Positions 50,838 through 62,665 of a stretch of 64,000 nt of DNA are shown here, piece after piece (position 1 is the stretch's first letter; the number at the start of each line of letters is the position of its first letter). The DNA comes from Mytilus edulis. Its lineage: Eukaryota. A program made the position numbers and the translations under genes. The stretch covers positions 113,460,001-113,524,000 of the forward strand of contig NC_092344.1 in the NCBI RefSeq assembly GCF_963676685.1, read 5' to 3'. The notes beneath the pieces are model-generated. The model was not told the DNA's origin. It saw only the letters and a list, made by a program, of their open reading frames with translations, and searched no databases.

Positions 50838-52443
50838 CGTCGTGTGAATATTATAATGTTATAAGTCCATTTTACAGTGGAAATGAGTTATGGGTGTCAA
50901 TAGTTTCGTGCTGCAATGTTTTATCTCCCTATATATTTAACCAGGCTTAATTATCTTCAAATTTGCCTAAAACAGTAGTATTAAAATGATATATCTCCAA
51001 ATACAATGTTGTATTCAGAATTATAGTGATCTAAGTACAAACCAATGAAATTGACGGATTCTGGGTCACATGACAAAAGTTTACCAATGGAGATAATATG
51101 AAATGAGGGCATTATAATTTAATAGGACTTTATGGCACTTTCATACATAAATATAGTCTTTACATGTTGTTAATATTATTGACAAAATATAGAAATTTTC
51201 AAATGGTCCAAGTGACAGCTTTTTAATGAATAATAGCAAAAAATATACATTTTGTTTAGCTGAAACATATACAGATCCCTTTCATATCATGTCATGAACT
51301 TAATGTCCAACTGTTATGATGATGTGCTAATTATGATTTGTTTATAAATCATCATCCTATAAGGAGTAAAGGTGCCATTTTTGTAATTCTTTAGTTTTAT
51401 ATTCATAAAGTCATTGTCTAATTATTATGTGTCATTTTATTACTGTCCTTTTAGAAAAAGAATGTCCAATGACACTACATGCCCGCCAATGATCTGTATT
51501 TAAAATGACTAACAGTTTGTTCAGACACAGACCCATTACAGACTTAACCTTAAGATCATATCAAATTGATTTTTACATTCTTATCCCCATCCGTTCCAAC
51601 CAATTAGGTTTTTTATGTATTTTTACAAAGTTCTTTTGAATCTGTAATAAAAATACGTAAAAATAAAATATAAGAGTCCAACTCAACCCAATATTTTCAA
51701 TTTAGGTGGATGAGAATCTATCAATTAACTTGATCTGGCCTTACCCTAACTTTGGGTCTTTAGCATTGACTTTTTATTACAAAAGACAAAGTCAATAAGT
51801 CTTGACTTATTACGACCCAAGCATCAACTTTGCATCAAACAGTCCACATCATAAGCTATCTATGTACAAAGCTGCTTGATGATATCATAACTCTTATATC
51901 AAAAACTTAAACCTGAAACTTAACCTGGTTTTTTAATATTGAAATTCTATTAAGAAAGACAAAGTCAACGTGTACCTTAACCTTGCAAGGACAGACGCAT
52001 AGACAGAAGAACTATACGTCCAGTTTGCCTTGCAGGCATAGCTTTATAGTTCAAAGAAAACATAAGACACTATTTTAACCAACAAGATTGTGTATGGCCT
52101 TTGTTTCTACTGCCGATTTTATTCAATTTTAATGGCATATACATTGCCCAGTAATAATATTATAATGTTTTATGTCCAATACCATTTTAATTCTTTCAAC
52201 TTTACTTATCACAAGATTAAAATGTACTATCTCCAAACTTGAAATATGAAATTGCCGAAATAATATATACTTGATCAGATTTCTGAAAAGGACAATTTAA
52301 TCAGATGTGTTGGAACTAGTATTACGCATACTTTTTGCATAGCTCTTGTTTTATATGACTGGATATCAGACTGTCCAACTTTAAATGCCATTTTCTCAGT
52401 TTTAGAAAAAGGGGACATAAAACATTATAATATTCACACGACG
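50838..52443. mobile_element. 1.6-kb non-autonomous DNA transposon, Sola1-like (ATAT TSD, ~31-bp TIRs)
   Basis: ATAT|CGTCGTGTGAATATTATAATGTTATAAGTCC ... GGACATAAAACATTATAATATTCACACGACG|ATAT. Confidence 0.75.
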
Positions 52444-52842
52444 ATATGTTTATTTTCCACTCCATGTTGTTTGACTTTTGACTGTTTTCAGTGTCAATGG
52501 AGGTATCAATAATGCTTTCGTACGTGCATATAGATTCCTATTGACCACACGTTTATATGGAATGTGGGATCAACAAACGGTCAACAAAAATAATAATAGA
52601 CGATTTCACGATCAATTATGCAATAGTTCTAGTGATATAAGTGTTCGCCAGAGAACTCTTGTTTCATTAATTACATTATCGATAACATTGTCCACGTCAA
52701 ACTTAAACTGACCTTCAACTCTGGGTTGTAAACATAAGACGATAAGCAGGAGCTAATCTAAGTAATAAAAACCACAGGTGCCACAGGTGAAATAAATTTA
52801 TATTTCCAAAACTTTTCAAATCGTGATTTTGTTATATCAACA

Positions 52843-55213
52843 CAAGGATTTGTATTGTTGAAGACCTTATATTGTTCCTGTTTAGTGTAGGCCGTATGAG
52901 ATAAGTTTTGTAGTTGGATTGCAGCTAAATTTTCTTTCAGTTACTTTGGTTGTTGGTTTGCTGTCTTTAATATTGACATGTTTAGACCTCACATCTCCTG
53001 TATAACATATTTTTAAAGGTCAATTGAAATATTTTAGAGTGACAGTAGTAGTTGTAAAGCAGTGTTATGAAAGACAATAAATAAAAAGACATTTACACAT
53101 TTCACTTTTTTTTAAATATTCATACAACAGTTACATCAAGATCATGTGGAAACAATTTAAATAATTATATTTCATGTATGAACAGAACAAAACTAAATGT
53201 CACAGTGTCAACAGTTTAAAGATTTCTCCTTTAAGGCTTGTCTTAGACTGGATGAGGGTTGAGATTTTGCTTTCTTGGTCAGTTTATTGCGTTCTATACG
53301 AGTAACAGCAAAGCCACGGATGGTTAAAAACAAATGAATGATGTCTTCAGTTATAGCTGACACAATATCTGCAGTTTCACCTTGCATAAGAATGTCACAA
53401 TAATGTTTTACCATGAACCCTTCCATCATAGCTTCTTTTAAAGGATCAATAAGAAGCGAACTAGCACTATATGAAGGTTCAACTGTTTTGCGAATAATTG
53501 TCTCTAATTCACGGATTAATAAGAACAGGGAATCTGATGGTTTCTGAAGGCCACCACGGTCTTGTGTCTTATACCACTTGTCATATTGTTTCACAAAGTT
53601 AACACCTGAAGAATTGTCTGTAAATTTATTTATGACGGACAACTTCTTAGTAGAGTACCTGGTGTATCTCTTCTGTAGAGCACGAATGGTGTAACCAGCA
53701 ATATAATACAGAATGCTTTGGTCATTTTCTGTTAACTTTTCCTGATTTGATGTTGATTTCTGAACAGCTGTCATTGTTTGAACTTTAAAAATTTCACCAA
53801 CAATATCCTCATGTACCATCTGTAGGAATAAGTTGGTATGGTTCAATGAGTGAGATGGACAATGCGAGTGAAAAGTGTTTGTCAATTCTGGCTTTACTCT
53901 ACTTATGTGTAAACGGCGAAACATTTGCTCTTTGTCACATGAGGAAGATATGTTGCTTGTAGTTTCAACAAATATCGGCTGAAAATATTTCAACAAAATG
54001 TCTTGCACTACTGCTGAATTGCTCACAAATTTGCAAATGTCTGTTATGCTGTCATTGATGGTAAATGGATCATTAGCAATGTTGGACAAACTGGACTGCA
54101 AAGCTGTAGGGAATATTTCAGCAAATGAACTTTCATTTAAGGCGTCACGGACTGTGCTAGGTAGTTTACTATCTGCATGTGTGCGATGGTCTGTTGCTCT
54201 CAAATTCTGTCCATGTTGTTTCTGGACATGACCACGGAAGCCTGAAATTGTTTTCAGAGTCTTTTTGCAAACAGGACAAGTGTATGAAGGTTTAATACAT
54301 GTATCTGGTACAGGTTCAGACTTTTTCTTTTTGGCAATGTAACATTCTTCATCACTGTCACTGGGTTCTGGATCATACTCAGTATATTCACCTAACAAAA
54401 GATCAAGGTCAATATCTTGGTCCCAGGATAAAAAATCTGACATGGTTGTAACATTGAATAATAATTTGTACTGAAAGTTGATTACTAAATATTCCATTTT
54501 ATAATATATCTAAGCTTGTTCTGATACTGAGATCAAAGACTTCATTTAATTAATCATCTTGATTTTTTTTAAATTAAATGTTATGTTTTGAGATTAAAGG
54601 TTGTAATTTATTTAATTATATATATTCTTCACTAATTAATCTAATCACCACAAAAGTATATTTCAATTACAAACAGTTCCTTGCATAATTAATAAAAAAA
54701 CAAAGAACTATTAAAAAAAACAGAAAGTCAAACAACAAGCTGTGACAATCAAATAATTATTTCATCTTCCTCTTTGAGTAAATGATTATTATGAAGATAA
54801 TAAATGACTACCAAAACTGCGGTCACATGAGGGGGAAAACTCAATATTTTTTATCTTTTTCCGGGATGAATATCAAATTTACAAACTTAATTTAATTTTA
54901 ATACGAAAATTTCACAAATAAACTTTATAAACGCCAACTTTTCCTTTTGGTCTATTTAGGTAATTATCACTTTGTAATTTAAGAGAAATAAGAATTGTTT
55001 TATCGGTAAGTCTACACAAAACTAATATCGTAAAAAGATCGTAAGATCGTAGCTTACCATGTGTATTTTCATAACGTTGTTAACCAAGCGATAAAACCGG
55101 ATATTTACAATACAAGCGAGTATCATGGTATAAGTGGCGAGTTTACGACTTCTCACGATACGCGAGAACTAATGAGATACCGCGAGATTCCAATCCTTCT
55201 ATACAAATCCTTG
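52843..55213 (-). mobile_element. 2.37-kb P-superfamily-like DNA transposon derivative
   Basis: Perfect 13-bp TIRs CAAGGATTTGTAT (52843-52855 and 55201-55213). 7-bp direct repeat ATCAACA at 52836-52842 and 55214-55220. Confidence 0.8.
53208..54470 (-). CDS. C2H2 zinc-finger protein with a P-element/THAP9 transposase C-terminal-like region (~410-420 aa)
   Basis: Long intact ORF with CPVC...HVQKQH and LYYIAGY...W...DRGGLQKPS motifs. Probable upstream exon ending ATG|GTAAGC at 55058-55060, spliced to a tttcag acceptor at 54470. An alternative start is the internal ATG (MSDFLSW). Confidence 0.8.
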   Translation of the reverse strand, partial: YKLLFNVTTMSDFLSWDQDIDLDLLLGEYTEYDPEPSDSDEECYIAKKKKSEPVPDTCIKPSYTCPVCKKTLKTISGFRGHVQKQHGQNLRATDHRTHADSKLPSTVRDALNESSFAEIFPTALQSSLSNIANDPFTINDSITDICKFVSNSAVVQDILLKYFQPIFVETTSNISSSCDKEQMFRRLHISRVKPELTNTFHSHCPSHSLNHTNLFLQMVHEDIVGEIFKVQTMTAVQKSTSNQEKLTENDQSILYYIAGYTIRALQKRYTRYSTKKLSVINKFTDNSSGVNFVKQYDKWYKTQDRGGLQKPSDSLFLLIRELETIIRKTVEPSYSASSLLIDPLKEAMMEGFMVKHYCDILMQGETADIVSAITEDIIHLFLTIRGFAVTRIERNKLTKKAKSQPSSSLRQALKEKSLNC

Positions 55214-56414
55214 ATCAACATGATAAACCATGATTTTCGAATTCAGTAATAATTGTTCAGAGAAAACTTAACGATGTTACCCTATAATATTATATACGCT
55301 TCAGATTTAAAGACTTATAAATAATGCCGAAATATATCCAAGTTCAAACAATCAGCTCACTAATTTCAAAACTATCAATCCCATCATTAATATTCATGTA
55401 CAGTAAATGCTATATGAATTATTATAAAGTAATTTCAAGCTTATAATACAGAAACGATTTTCTGTGAAAAATTGACAACCACTGACTATCATATCTATAG
55501 GCCTTTAATAGACCTGTAATTATGTTAATGGTGTCCAGCTGAATGCTGACATTTGAAATAATAACGGACACATAGACAACTGCCTTCTGTGTTAAAATAT
55601 CTAATTTGTATCTCACTTTTGACCTTTAAGATGCTTATGGAGAATAACTGATTTAATTTCAAATTCAATAATTTATAAAGTATACTAGGTATCCAGCAAT
55701 GCTGGTAATGTTTTTTTTTAACTAATAATCGTATGAAAGCTAAGATAAATGTCAGTTTTATATTTATTCCAGTTCAAACTGACATCAATGCGGATAGCGA
55801 CACAAACATTGAGATATATTACATGAGCATGATCTTAAACATTACTTTTGGTTACATTACTTCTGCCCGTGACAATCATAAGAAAGACTCCGTGAATGGG
55901 GCATTAGTCTTTAAAAGTACGATTCAGGGCAACACCATAGAACAGTTCCTTTAAGTCAAACTAATTTGACGAAAATTTACTTGAATCGAAACAATGCTTA
56001 ACAAAAATTATGATTAATATTCAAAATTTGCAGGTTTCATCTCTTTTAAAAAAAAATCTTCTGACGAGAAAAAGCAAGCAACAATTCCGCTACAAGACCA
56101 AGTTACGACCTTACCTTTATTTATTTCAGCCCCTGTCTGTGTACGGAGGCATTTGTCTTACCCATTATCACGTGTATCAGGAATGATCATGAATCATTTA
56201 TAGAAAAAAAATTGGAATTTTTATGGTTTGAGTTGCGGCCCCTGACTAAGGTAACGGGTCTGTGAGTAGCTCTGCAAAAAATAGACTTTTAGTATCAATT
56301 CTCGGTGAATATCGAATGCAGATTATTTAAAATCGTAAAGAATACAAGTAATGATAAACATTCACTCGTAAAATTGCATTTGCAATTTAAAACTACCAAG
56401 ATATTTCAGTGAAC

Positions 56415-57698
56415 ATGACCAAATCAAACACGCAAGAAGAATCCAATATGGCGTCGTATGCCGAAGCATTTAAAAGAGGTCCTAAATCAGAAACAACTGA
56501 CTCTCTGTCCTCTGTTAAACCAGTGTTTGTTGAAGAATCAGACGTCTTTAGTCATATCCCCAAAGAAGCCACTAGAGGCTTATTTTTAACCATATCTGAA
56601 ATGTACAAGGCTGTAGGTGCAGTCGTGCCAGACAGATCAGTTATGGGCCTTCAGAGAATTAAAGGTCTGTGGAGGATATATCTCGACACATTAAAAGGAA
56701 AAGAATTTCTCCTTTCAGAAGGTCTTGAAATTCGAGGCAAATCTATCTCTATATACTCTATCAATCCTAGAGTTCGCATACAAGAAAATTCAACAGATGT
56801 GAAAATTCGCATTAAAGATGTACCACTCTCGGCTGACGATGGACAGATTTTGAGAGCCTTAGAGGGGTACAATTGTGTAATTTTGAAGCACTTAAGAGAA
56901 AGGTTACGTTACAATGATATGATAACAAACTGTCAAACTGGTGACAGAATAGTTTATTGTGAAGGTCCATTGATCTCTGCTATTCCAAAGTCCATTCCAA
57001 TTGGGAAATATAGAGCAACGGTTATATACAGAGGTCAACAAAATGACAACATTAAATGCAACAAGTGCATGGAGCTCGGACACACAACCAAAAATTGTGA
57101 AAATGATTGGAAGTGTAGAATCTGTGGTGAATCAGGCCACAGGCAAAATGAATGCACCAGTGAAATGCCTTCTGAACAGGAGCAAGAAGGTGCCACAAGC
57201 ACACATCATGAAAATCATTATGACCCGAGTGATGTAAACACACAACAACCAACAAACAACAATGAAAACATTGAAGCTATGCAACCAACTGAACATGAAG
57301 CTCATGCAGAAAATGATTCTGCCTCAGATACAAACAATCACGATGATTTTATAAGATCACAATCAATCTTCTTCGATGACCAGATCTCTAGTCCTATATG
57401 TGATCAACAAAATCAACCTCTGTCAGCAAGACCGAAAATAAAACCAGGTAGAAGGGAAACGAACAAATCCTCACATACATCCAGTGAGGCTACCAGCAGA
57501 AATTCCCGTGGTCAATCACAAATCACCAGTTTTATTAACGGTCCAAACCAGTCTACACGTAGAAACCAACATCAAGATACTCCGGTCAAAACTTCAAACA
57601 GAAGTGGTTTAGAGAAGTCTCCAGTGACGCCCACAGAGAAACTACATGATGGTGCCAGTAACAACAAAAGTAAAAAATCGAAAACAACGAAAACCTAG
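56415..57698 (+). CDS. ORF1p: RRM-like region, two CCHC zinc knuckles, disordered basic tail
   Basis: CNKCMELGHTTKNC and CRICGESGHRQNEC, with an N-terminal SYAEA motif. First ATG at 56415, second at 56448. Confidence 0.92.
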   Translation: MTKSNTQEESNMASYAEAFKRGPKSETTDSLSSVKPVFVEESDVFSHIPKEATRGLFLTISEMYKAVGAVVPDRSVMGLQRIKGLWRIYLDTLKGKEFLLSEGLEIRGKSISIYSINPRVRIQENSTDVKIRIKDVPLSADDGQILRALEGYNCVILKHLRERLRYNDMITNCQTGDRIVYCEGPLISAIPKSIPIGKYRATVIYRGQQNDNIKCNKCMELGHTTKNCENDWKCRICGESGHRQNECTSEMPSEQEQEGATSTHHENHYDPSDVNTQQPTNNNENIEAMQPTEHEAHAENDSASDTNNHDDFIRSQSIFFDDQISSPICDQQNQPLSARPKIKPGRRETNKSSHTSSEATSRNSRGQSQITSFINGPNQSTRRNQHQDTPVKTSNRSGLEKSPVTPTEKLHDGASNNKSKKSKTTKT

Positions 57699-57798
57699 AG
57701 TGATCATTATATTGAACATTGAAATTAACACTTAATCTATTTCAATCTAGTTGATATTATATGTAATTTTTATCATATAAAAAAAAATATATAAAAAA

Positions 57799-58782
57799 AT
57801 GTCACTGTATATAACACTTTTCACTTTTTCTTTTCTCATTATTGGTATATATTTAGAATGTAGTCCGCTGTATTCTAATTTTCTGATTTTGGCAAGTGAT
57901 ACCTATCACAGATTAAAAAGTAAAGAAACTGTAAAATACAAAACATTTAATTGGTATCAAACTACTTATTTTTTACAATCATTATTATCAAACACACTGT
58001 TAAATGTTTCCAGTAATGCTACATTGGAAAAAATCCAATTTTTATTAATCTGTTCATGTTTCTTCATTCAAATTCAGTCAGAGAGGTCTTCTTATCCTAC
58101 AAATAAAAATAAATATTTTTTACCATGTATGTATATAAAAATTGTTCTTTTTTTTAAAATTGATTTGCATATGTATTTCAATATGAAACACATAAATAAT
58201 TGTACTTGTATTTGTTTAACAAACATTGAGTGTGCTAAAATTAAGAGGCACATGTCAATGTCTGTTTTTGAAGTCACATGGATGACCCAAATAATGACCC
58301 ATGGGGTATATGTAAAAGAAAACAATAGATTGTATTTATTTACGAATGTAACTTGTTGTATGTTTTTAATAGAAACAAATTGTGTTAACACTTTACTTGT
58401 GAATACATGTAAAAACATTCAAATGAAATACGCTTTTCTTCCTTTTTGCAAAAGGATTGTAAAGACAAATACAGGTAAAAATTTTACCCTATTTATAAAC
58501 ATTATTTACAAAGATAACAATCATGACAATCAGAACATTGTCAAAAGTAAAAATTGTATAAACTTTAAAATAAACAATTTAAGTTTCAAATGTAGAAGAA
58601 AAAACAGTAGCTTATGCTTATTCATTAGACAAATCGTAGATAAATGTCCTAGAACAGACAAAAGTAATAAAAATAAAACAACTGAAAAGATGTCTATTTA
58701 TAGTCTCGTGCTCTGTGAAGGTCAACTTCAGTGTGACCCAATTGTATCACTAAACGGGAATTTACCTATGTTAATTTTTTAA
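57799..58782 (+). CDS. Unassigned 327-aa ORF between ORF1 and ORF2 (hydrophobic N-terminus, Cys/Asn-rich)
   Basis: ATG-initiated, sense-strand, stop-free for 327 codons in very AT-rich DNA. It fills nearly the whole spacer. No recognisable domain. Confidence 0.55.
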   Translation: MSLYITLFTFSFLIIGIYLECSPLYSNFLILASDTYHRLKSKETVKYKTFNWYQTTYFLQSLLSNTLLNVSSNATLEKIQFLLICSCFFIQIQSERSSYPTNKNKYFLPCMYIKIVLFFKIDLHMYFNMKHINNCTCICLTNIECAKIKRHMSMSVFEVTWMTQIMTHGVYVKENNRLYLFTNVTCCMFLIETNCVNTLLVNTCKNIQMKYAFLPFCKRIVKTNTGKNFTLFINIIYKDNNHDNQNIVKSKNCINFKINNLSFKCRRKNSSLCLFIRQIVDKCPRTDKSNKNKTTEKMSIYSLVLCEGQLQCDPIVSLNGNLPMLIF

Positions 58783-58834
58783 AATACACATAACACAGTA
58801 AGAGACTACAAATAAAATTAACTACTCACCAACC

Positions 58835-61800
58835 ATGGTATTTAACAAACATCTTCATATCTGTACAGTTAATTGTAAAGGTCTGCAACAATCTGATAAA
58901 AGAAAAAGATTAATTGAATGGTCTAAATCCCAAAAATGTGACATTCTTCTAATGCAAGAAACACACTTTACAGATAGTTTAATAAATAATTTAAATACTG
59001 AATTTGAAGGTAAACTTTTACTGAGTAATGGTTCTAGCAATTCAAGAGGTATTGCCATATGGCTGAATAAAAATTTAAACTTTAAAATAATTGATGACTT
59101 TAAAGATAAAGAAGGAAGACTTTTACTTGTTAATATTGAAATAAATGATACTATAATAACAATAGTTAATATTTATGCACCAAACAATCCTAAAAGCAGA
59201 AATACTTTTTTCAAAACTGTCCATACATTAATAGAAGAAAAAAGTTTAGGTCAACTTATTCTAGGAGGAGATCATAATGAAATTTTATCACAAATTGATT
59301 CAAAAAGTAAAACTAAACAACAAAAAAATAGGAAAAAAGTTCACAATTTAAATAAACTTATAAAGTCATTAAAACTCAATGATGTATGGAGAACAAAAAA
59401 TCCAAATAAAGTTCAATTTACATGGAGCAGAAAAGATAGGTCAGAGTCAACAAGAATAGATTATTTTTTAATAACTCCAGAAGTATTCAAAAACTGTGTT
59501 TCATGTGACATTAGACCAATAGTATTACAATACACAGACCACAACTGTGTTTCTTTAAAAATAAATCTTAACAGAGGCCAAAAAGGAAAAGGATACTGGA
59601 AATTAAACAGCAGTGTACTTCAAAATGAAGACTTTACTGAAATAATTAGGAAATTAATTAAAAAATTTAAAAACAAAGCTAAAACAAGAACAGATCTTGA
59701 CATACTGTGGGACAATTTCAAAATAGAAGTTAGAGACCAGACAATAAGCTATTGCAAAACAAAAGCTAAGAATAAAAAAAACCTTATCAGCAAATTGGAA
59801 AAAAATTTAACACAATTAAATGATATTATTGATACATGTAACAATAAAAACAATAATAATATATTAAAAGAAATAGATAATATAGAAAATGAAATAGGAA
59901 AACTCTATAACGAAAAAATAAAAGGGAATCAAATAAGAGCAAGGGTAAAATGGGTTGAAGAAGGAGAAAAAAATTCTGCATATTTTCTAGGGATGGAAAA
60001 ATCAAGACAGAGTAGAAAAACAATAACCCAATTATATGATGATAAAGGTCAAATTACAAGGGATCAAGACAAAATATTACAATTAGAAGCAAATTATTAT
60101 AAAAAATTATATTCTACAAAAAACCCTGAAATAGAAGCAACTAAAAAGTATTTAGATTCTCTCAAGGAATATAAAAAATTAAATGATTGTGAAAGTAATT
60201 CTTGCGAAGGGGAAATAACTGTTGATGAATGTACTGATGCAATTTTTAAAATGAAACTTAATAAAGCGCCTGGGCTTGACGGACTTAATGTGGAATTTTA
60301 TAGAACATTCTGGGATGAACTTAAATCTTTTATAGTCTCCACATTCAATTACTGCTATGAAAAAAGAGAACTATCTAACACTCAGAAAGTTGGCTTAATA
60401 TCTCTAATTTATAAAAAGAATGACCCCTTTTCACTTGACAATTATAGACCTATTACTCTTTTAAACTATGATGCTAAATTACTTGCTTATGCCTTAGCAC
60501 AAAGATTAAAACCCCTGCTACCAAAGATAATAAATACAGATCAAAAAGGATATGTCAAAAATAGATATATTGGTTTCAACATTAGACAAATACAAGATGT
60601 CATCGACTATTCTGAAACTTTCAAAATTGATGGGGCAATTTTATTTCTGGATTTTACAAAAGCATTCGACTCATTAGAATGGGACTTCATGTTTGAGACT
60701 TTAAAAAAATTTGGATTTAAAGATAATTTTATAAGGTGGGTTCAGACAATGTACTCTGATATTAAAGGATGCATTATTAATAATGGATGGGTTTCCTCTC
60801 GCTTTAGGGCATCTCGCGGGATCCGACAAGGATGTCCGTTATCATCATTACTATTTGTTCTAGCTGTAGAAGTTATGGCAATAAAGATAAGGGAAAATAA
60901 AAACTTAAAAGGCATAGAAATAAAATTAGATGGTAAGAGTAACACCCTGAAAATCTGCCAATTAGCTGACGACACTACTCTATTTCTTCAATCAAAAAAA
61001 GATGTATCTCTAGCAATTAATCTAATAGAAACATTTGGTACTCTCTCCGGTTTGAAATTGAATAAAACAAAAACTGAAGGAATATGGCTTGGTCAATTAA
61101 AACACAGTCGGGAAAAATTTGAAAATATAAATTGGTGTACTGCACCAATCAAAAGCCTCGGAATTTACTTTGGTTACAATAAACAAGAATGTCAAAAACT
61201 TAACTTTGAAAAACAACTGTTAAAAAGTAAAAAAATAATATCTGATTGGAATAGAAGAAACCTTACTATCATAGGAAAAATAGTTGTCATCAAATCTTTA
61301 GTTTTACCAAACCTAACATATGTTGCATCAAACACTATTATTCCTAAGGAAATGTTGCAAGACTTTAAAACTATAATATACAATTTTATTTGGAAAGGCA
61401 AAAGAGATAGAATAAAAAGATCAACACTTTCAAACAATTTTCTAGAAGGTGGACTTAAAATGACGGACATTGATGCTTATATAAAATCATTACATATCAA
61501 CTGGATTCTTAAATTAAGTGAAAATAAAAATGACAACTGGACAATAATTCCCAAATTTTACTTCAACAAATTAGGAAAAAATCTTCTTGTATTTAAAATG
61601 AATTTAAAGAATATAAACGACATTGATAAAAGTAAGTTACAGTATTTACCGGAATTCTATAAACAACTACTTAAAGATTGGATAAGTGTAAAGGGAGGTA
61701 ATACAAAATATCCTAAAAATTTTCTTGAAATTAGAAAACAAGTTTTGTGGGGAAATGATAATATCCGGTTTAATGGAAAATGTTTAAACTTTGATGATTG

Positions 61801-62665
61801 GATAAAAAGTGACATTATCAATATAAATGATGTAATTGATGAACAAGGCAATATCTCTGAAACAACCATTTTAAAGAAACTAAAATATAAGCAAAATTGG
61901 ATAAGGCAAATATATATGTTAAAAAAAGCAATACCAATTGATTGGAAAACAGATCTTTGCACTGAAGATTCATTCAAAACTAAAGTTAAATTTATAAACG
62001 ACTTAAAAATTATGCACAGGACAATTACTCCCTTGATGAGTACAAAAGAACTGTATAAAATATTCACACTGAAAAATAGTTGTGATAAACCAAATGGTTT
62101 TCTTATGTGGGAAAAAATATTTGAGAAAAACTTGAATTCTAAATTGAAAAATACTTTTGCTTTCATTTTTCAATATCTAACTGATAATAGATTGAAAATA
62201 TTTAGATGGAAACTTATTCACTACATACTGCCAAGTAATGAACTCTTAAAAAAGTGGAAAATAACTGAAGACAACTTATGTAAGCATTGTAAAAAAAAGG
62301 AAGACTATGAACATTTTTTTATCAATTGCTGTTATAATAATGATTTTCTAAAAATAATAATGACATTAATGAAATCCCTAGGTATTGAAAAAGATATTAT
62401 AAACCTTGAAAATTTGGTAACAGGGTACAAAATTGATGATTTAGCATACTTTGATATTAATTACATATTGACTATAATATCCTTCTCAATATACAAATCA
62501 CATTTTGTCTCAGAAAAGAAGACAAAAAAAATAAACATTTTAAAAATTTTCCAGAAAGAAATTTCAGAAATTATTGAAATAAACAAATTTAATAACAAAA
62601 AAACTAATCAGATAATTCTAAAAACAAATAGATTCATTGCAAAGATTCAATTGAATCAGGACTAA
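58835..62665 (+). CDS. ORF2p: APE endonuclease, reverse transcriptase and C-terminal CCHC
   Basis: NCKGL, LMQETH, NIYAPN, GGDHN, RIDY and TDH (endonuclease). KAPGLDG, NYRPITLLN, LDFTKAFD, GIRQGCPLS and LADD (RT). CKHC...EHFFINC at the C-terminus. Start context ACCATGG. Confidence 0.97.
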   Translation: MVFNKHLHICTVNCKGLQQSDKRKRLIEWSKSQKCDILLMQETHFTDSLINNLNTEFEGKLLLSNGSSNSRGIAIWLNKNLNFKIIDDFKDKEGRLLLVNIEINDTIITIVNIYAPNNPKSRNTFFKTVHTLIEEKSLGQLILGGDHNEILSQIDSKSKTKQQKNRKKVHNLNKLIKSLKLNDVWRTKNPNKVQFTWSRKDRSESTRIDYFLITPEVFKNCVSCDIRPIVLQYTDHNCVSLKINLNRGQKGKGYWKLNSSVLQNEDFTEIIRKLIKKFKNKAKTRTDLDILWDNFKIEVRDQTISYCKTKAKNKKNLISKLEKNLTQLNDIIDTCNNKNNNNILKEIDNIENEIGKLYNEKIKGNQIRARVKWVEEGEKNSAYFLGMEKSRQSRKTITQLYDDKGQITRDQDKILQLEANYYKKLYSTKNPEIEATKKYLDSLKEYKKLNDCESNSCEGEITVDECTDAIFKMKLNKAPGLDGLNVEFYRTFWDELKSFIVSTFNYCYEKRELSNTQKVGLISLIYKKNDPFSLDNYRPITLLNYDAKLLAYALAQRLKPLLPKIINTDQKGYVKNRYIGFNIRQIQDVIDYSETFKIDGAILFLDFTKAFDSLEWDFMFETLKKFGFKDNFIRWVQTMYSDIKGCIINNGWVSSRFRASRGIRQGCPLSSLLFVLAVEVMAIKIRENKNLKGIEIKLDGKSNTLKICQLADDTTLFLQSKKDVSLAINLIETFGTLSGLKLNKTKTEGIWLGQLKHSREKFENINWCTAPIKSLGIYFGYNKQECQKLNFEKQLLKSKKIISDWNRRNLTIIGKIVVIKSLVLPNLTYVASNTIIPKEMLQDFKTIIYNFIWKGKRDRIKRSTLSNNFLEGGLKMTDIDAYIKSLHINWILKLSENKNDNWTIIPKFYFNKLGKNLLVFKMNLKNINDIDKSKLQYLPEFYKQLLKDWISVKGGNTKYPKNFLEIRKQVLWGNDNIRFNGKCLNFDDWIKSDIININDVIDEQGNISETTILKKLKYKQNWIRQIYMLKKAIPIDWKTDLCTEDSFKTKVKFINDLKIMHRTITPLMSTKELYKIFTLKNSCDKPNGFLMWEKIFEKNLNSKLKNTFAFIFQYLTDNRLKIFRWKLIHYILPSNELLKKWKITEDNLCKHCKKKEDYEHFFINCCYNNDFLKIIMTLMKSLGIEKDIINLENLVTGYKIDDLAYFDINYILTIISFSIYKSHFVSEKKTKKINILKIFQKEISEIIEINKFNNKKTNQIILKTNRFIAKIQLNQD

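Noticed and set aside
58770-58835. Programmed frameshift from the 327-aa ORF into ORF2 at TTTTTTAAAA
   Set aside because: The heptamer is not phased as X XXY YYZ, the ORF2 frame has a TAA at 58799, and ORF2 has its own strong ACCATGG start.
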